In this document: positions 63,829 through 64,000 of the stretch, one piece after another
Layout of the letters: every line of letters starts with the position of its first letter
Position numbering within the stretch: the first letter of the stretch is position 1
DNA from: Nemertoderma westbladi
Lineage: Eukaryota; Animalia; Xenacoelomorpha
Reading direction: 5' to 3'
Length of the DNA stretch: 64,000 bases
Assembly: GCA_032718475.1 (NCBI GenBank)
Contig: JAUCBJ010007629.1
Span: 107,047-171,046, forward strand
Made by a program: the position numbers and the translations under genes
Notes under the pieces: generated by a model
Databases searched by the model: none
Told to the model about the DNA's origin: nothing
Seen by the model: the letters and a program-made list of their open reading frames with translations, nothing else

Positions 63829-64000
63829 TAGGGCAAATCTGGTCCTGTAACTAGGACCCCTTTCGTTCTGGGATAAGGACGCCCTTGGTCCTGGATTAAG
63901 GACCCATATACTTGGCTGCAGGGGTATATGGCCTAACCAGGCAGATGGTGATCTACCAATGGCTGGTTAGGAGTAGAGTGTTCTAATGTCCACTCTGAGG

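Noticed and set aside
63829-64000. Start of another LTR or DNA transposon at the window end
   Set aside because: Too little sequence to define termini.

Overview
AT-rich eukaryotic (probably invertebrate animal) DNA made almost entirely of nested mobile elements. I found no intact host gene. Main contents: (1) four BEL/Pao LTR-retrotransposon lineages. Family A has ~1.2-kb LTRs in four copies, one with an intact Gag-protease ORF but only an eroded pol remnant. B is a gag fragment. C is a near-complete, young element at 42786-54367. D is a decayed pol. (2) A degraded Polinton/adintovirus-like endogenous virus (13.2-19.1 kb): major capsid, adenain-like protease, an accessory ORF, protein-primed PolB and a TBP-like ORF. 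(3) A CR1/L2-group LINE with a 2A-like motif and an in-frame 60-bp Pro-rich minisatellite, apparently flanked by a ~200-bp target duplication. (4) Four copies of a TTAA-targeting MITE, plus other MITEs and SINE/LINE fragments. The most striking observation is that element C carries an intronless, diverged 20S proteasome alpha-7 (PSMA3-like) coding sequence between its integrase and its 3' LTR, where env or accessory genes normally sit. All protein family calls come from motif recognition by eye; no database searches were run.
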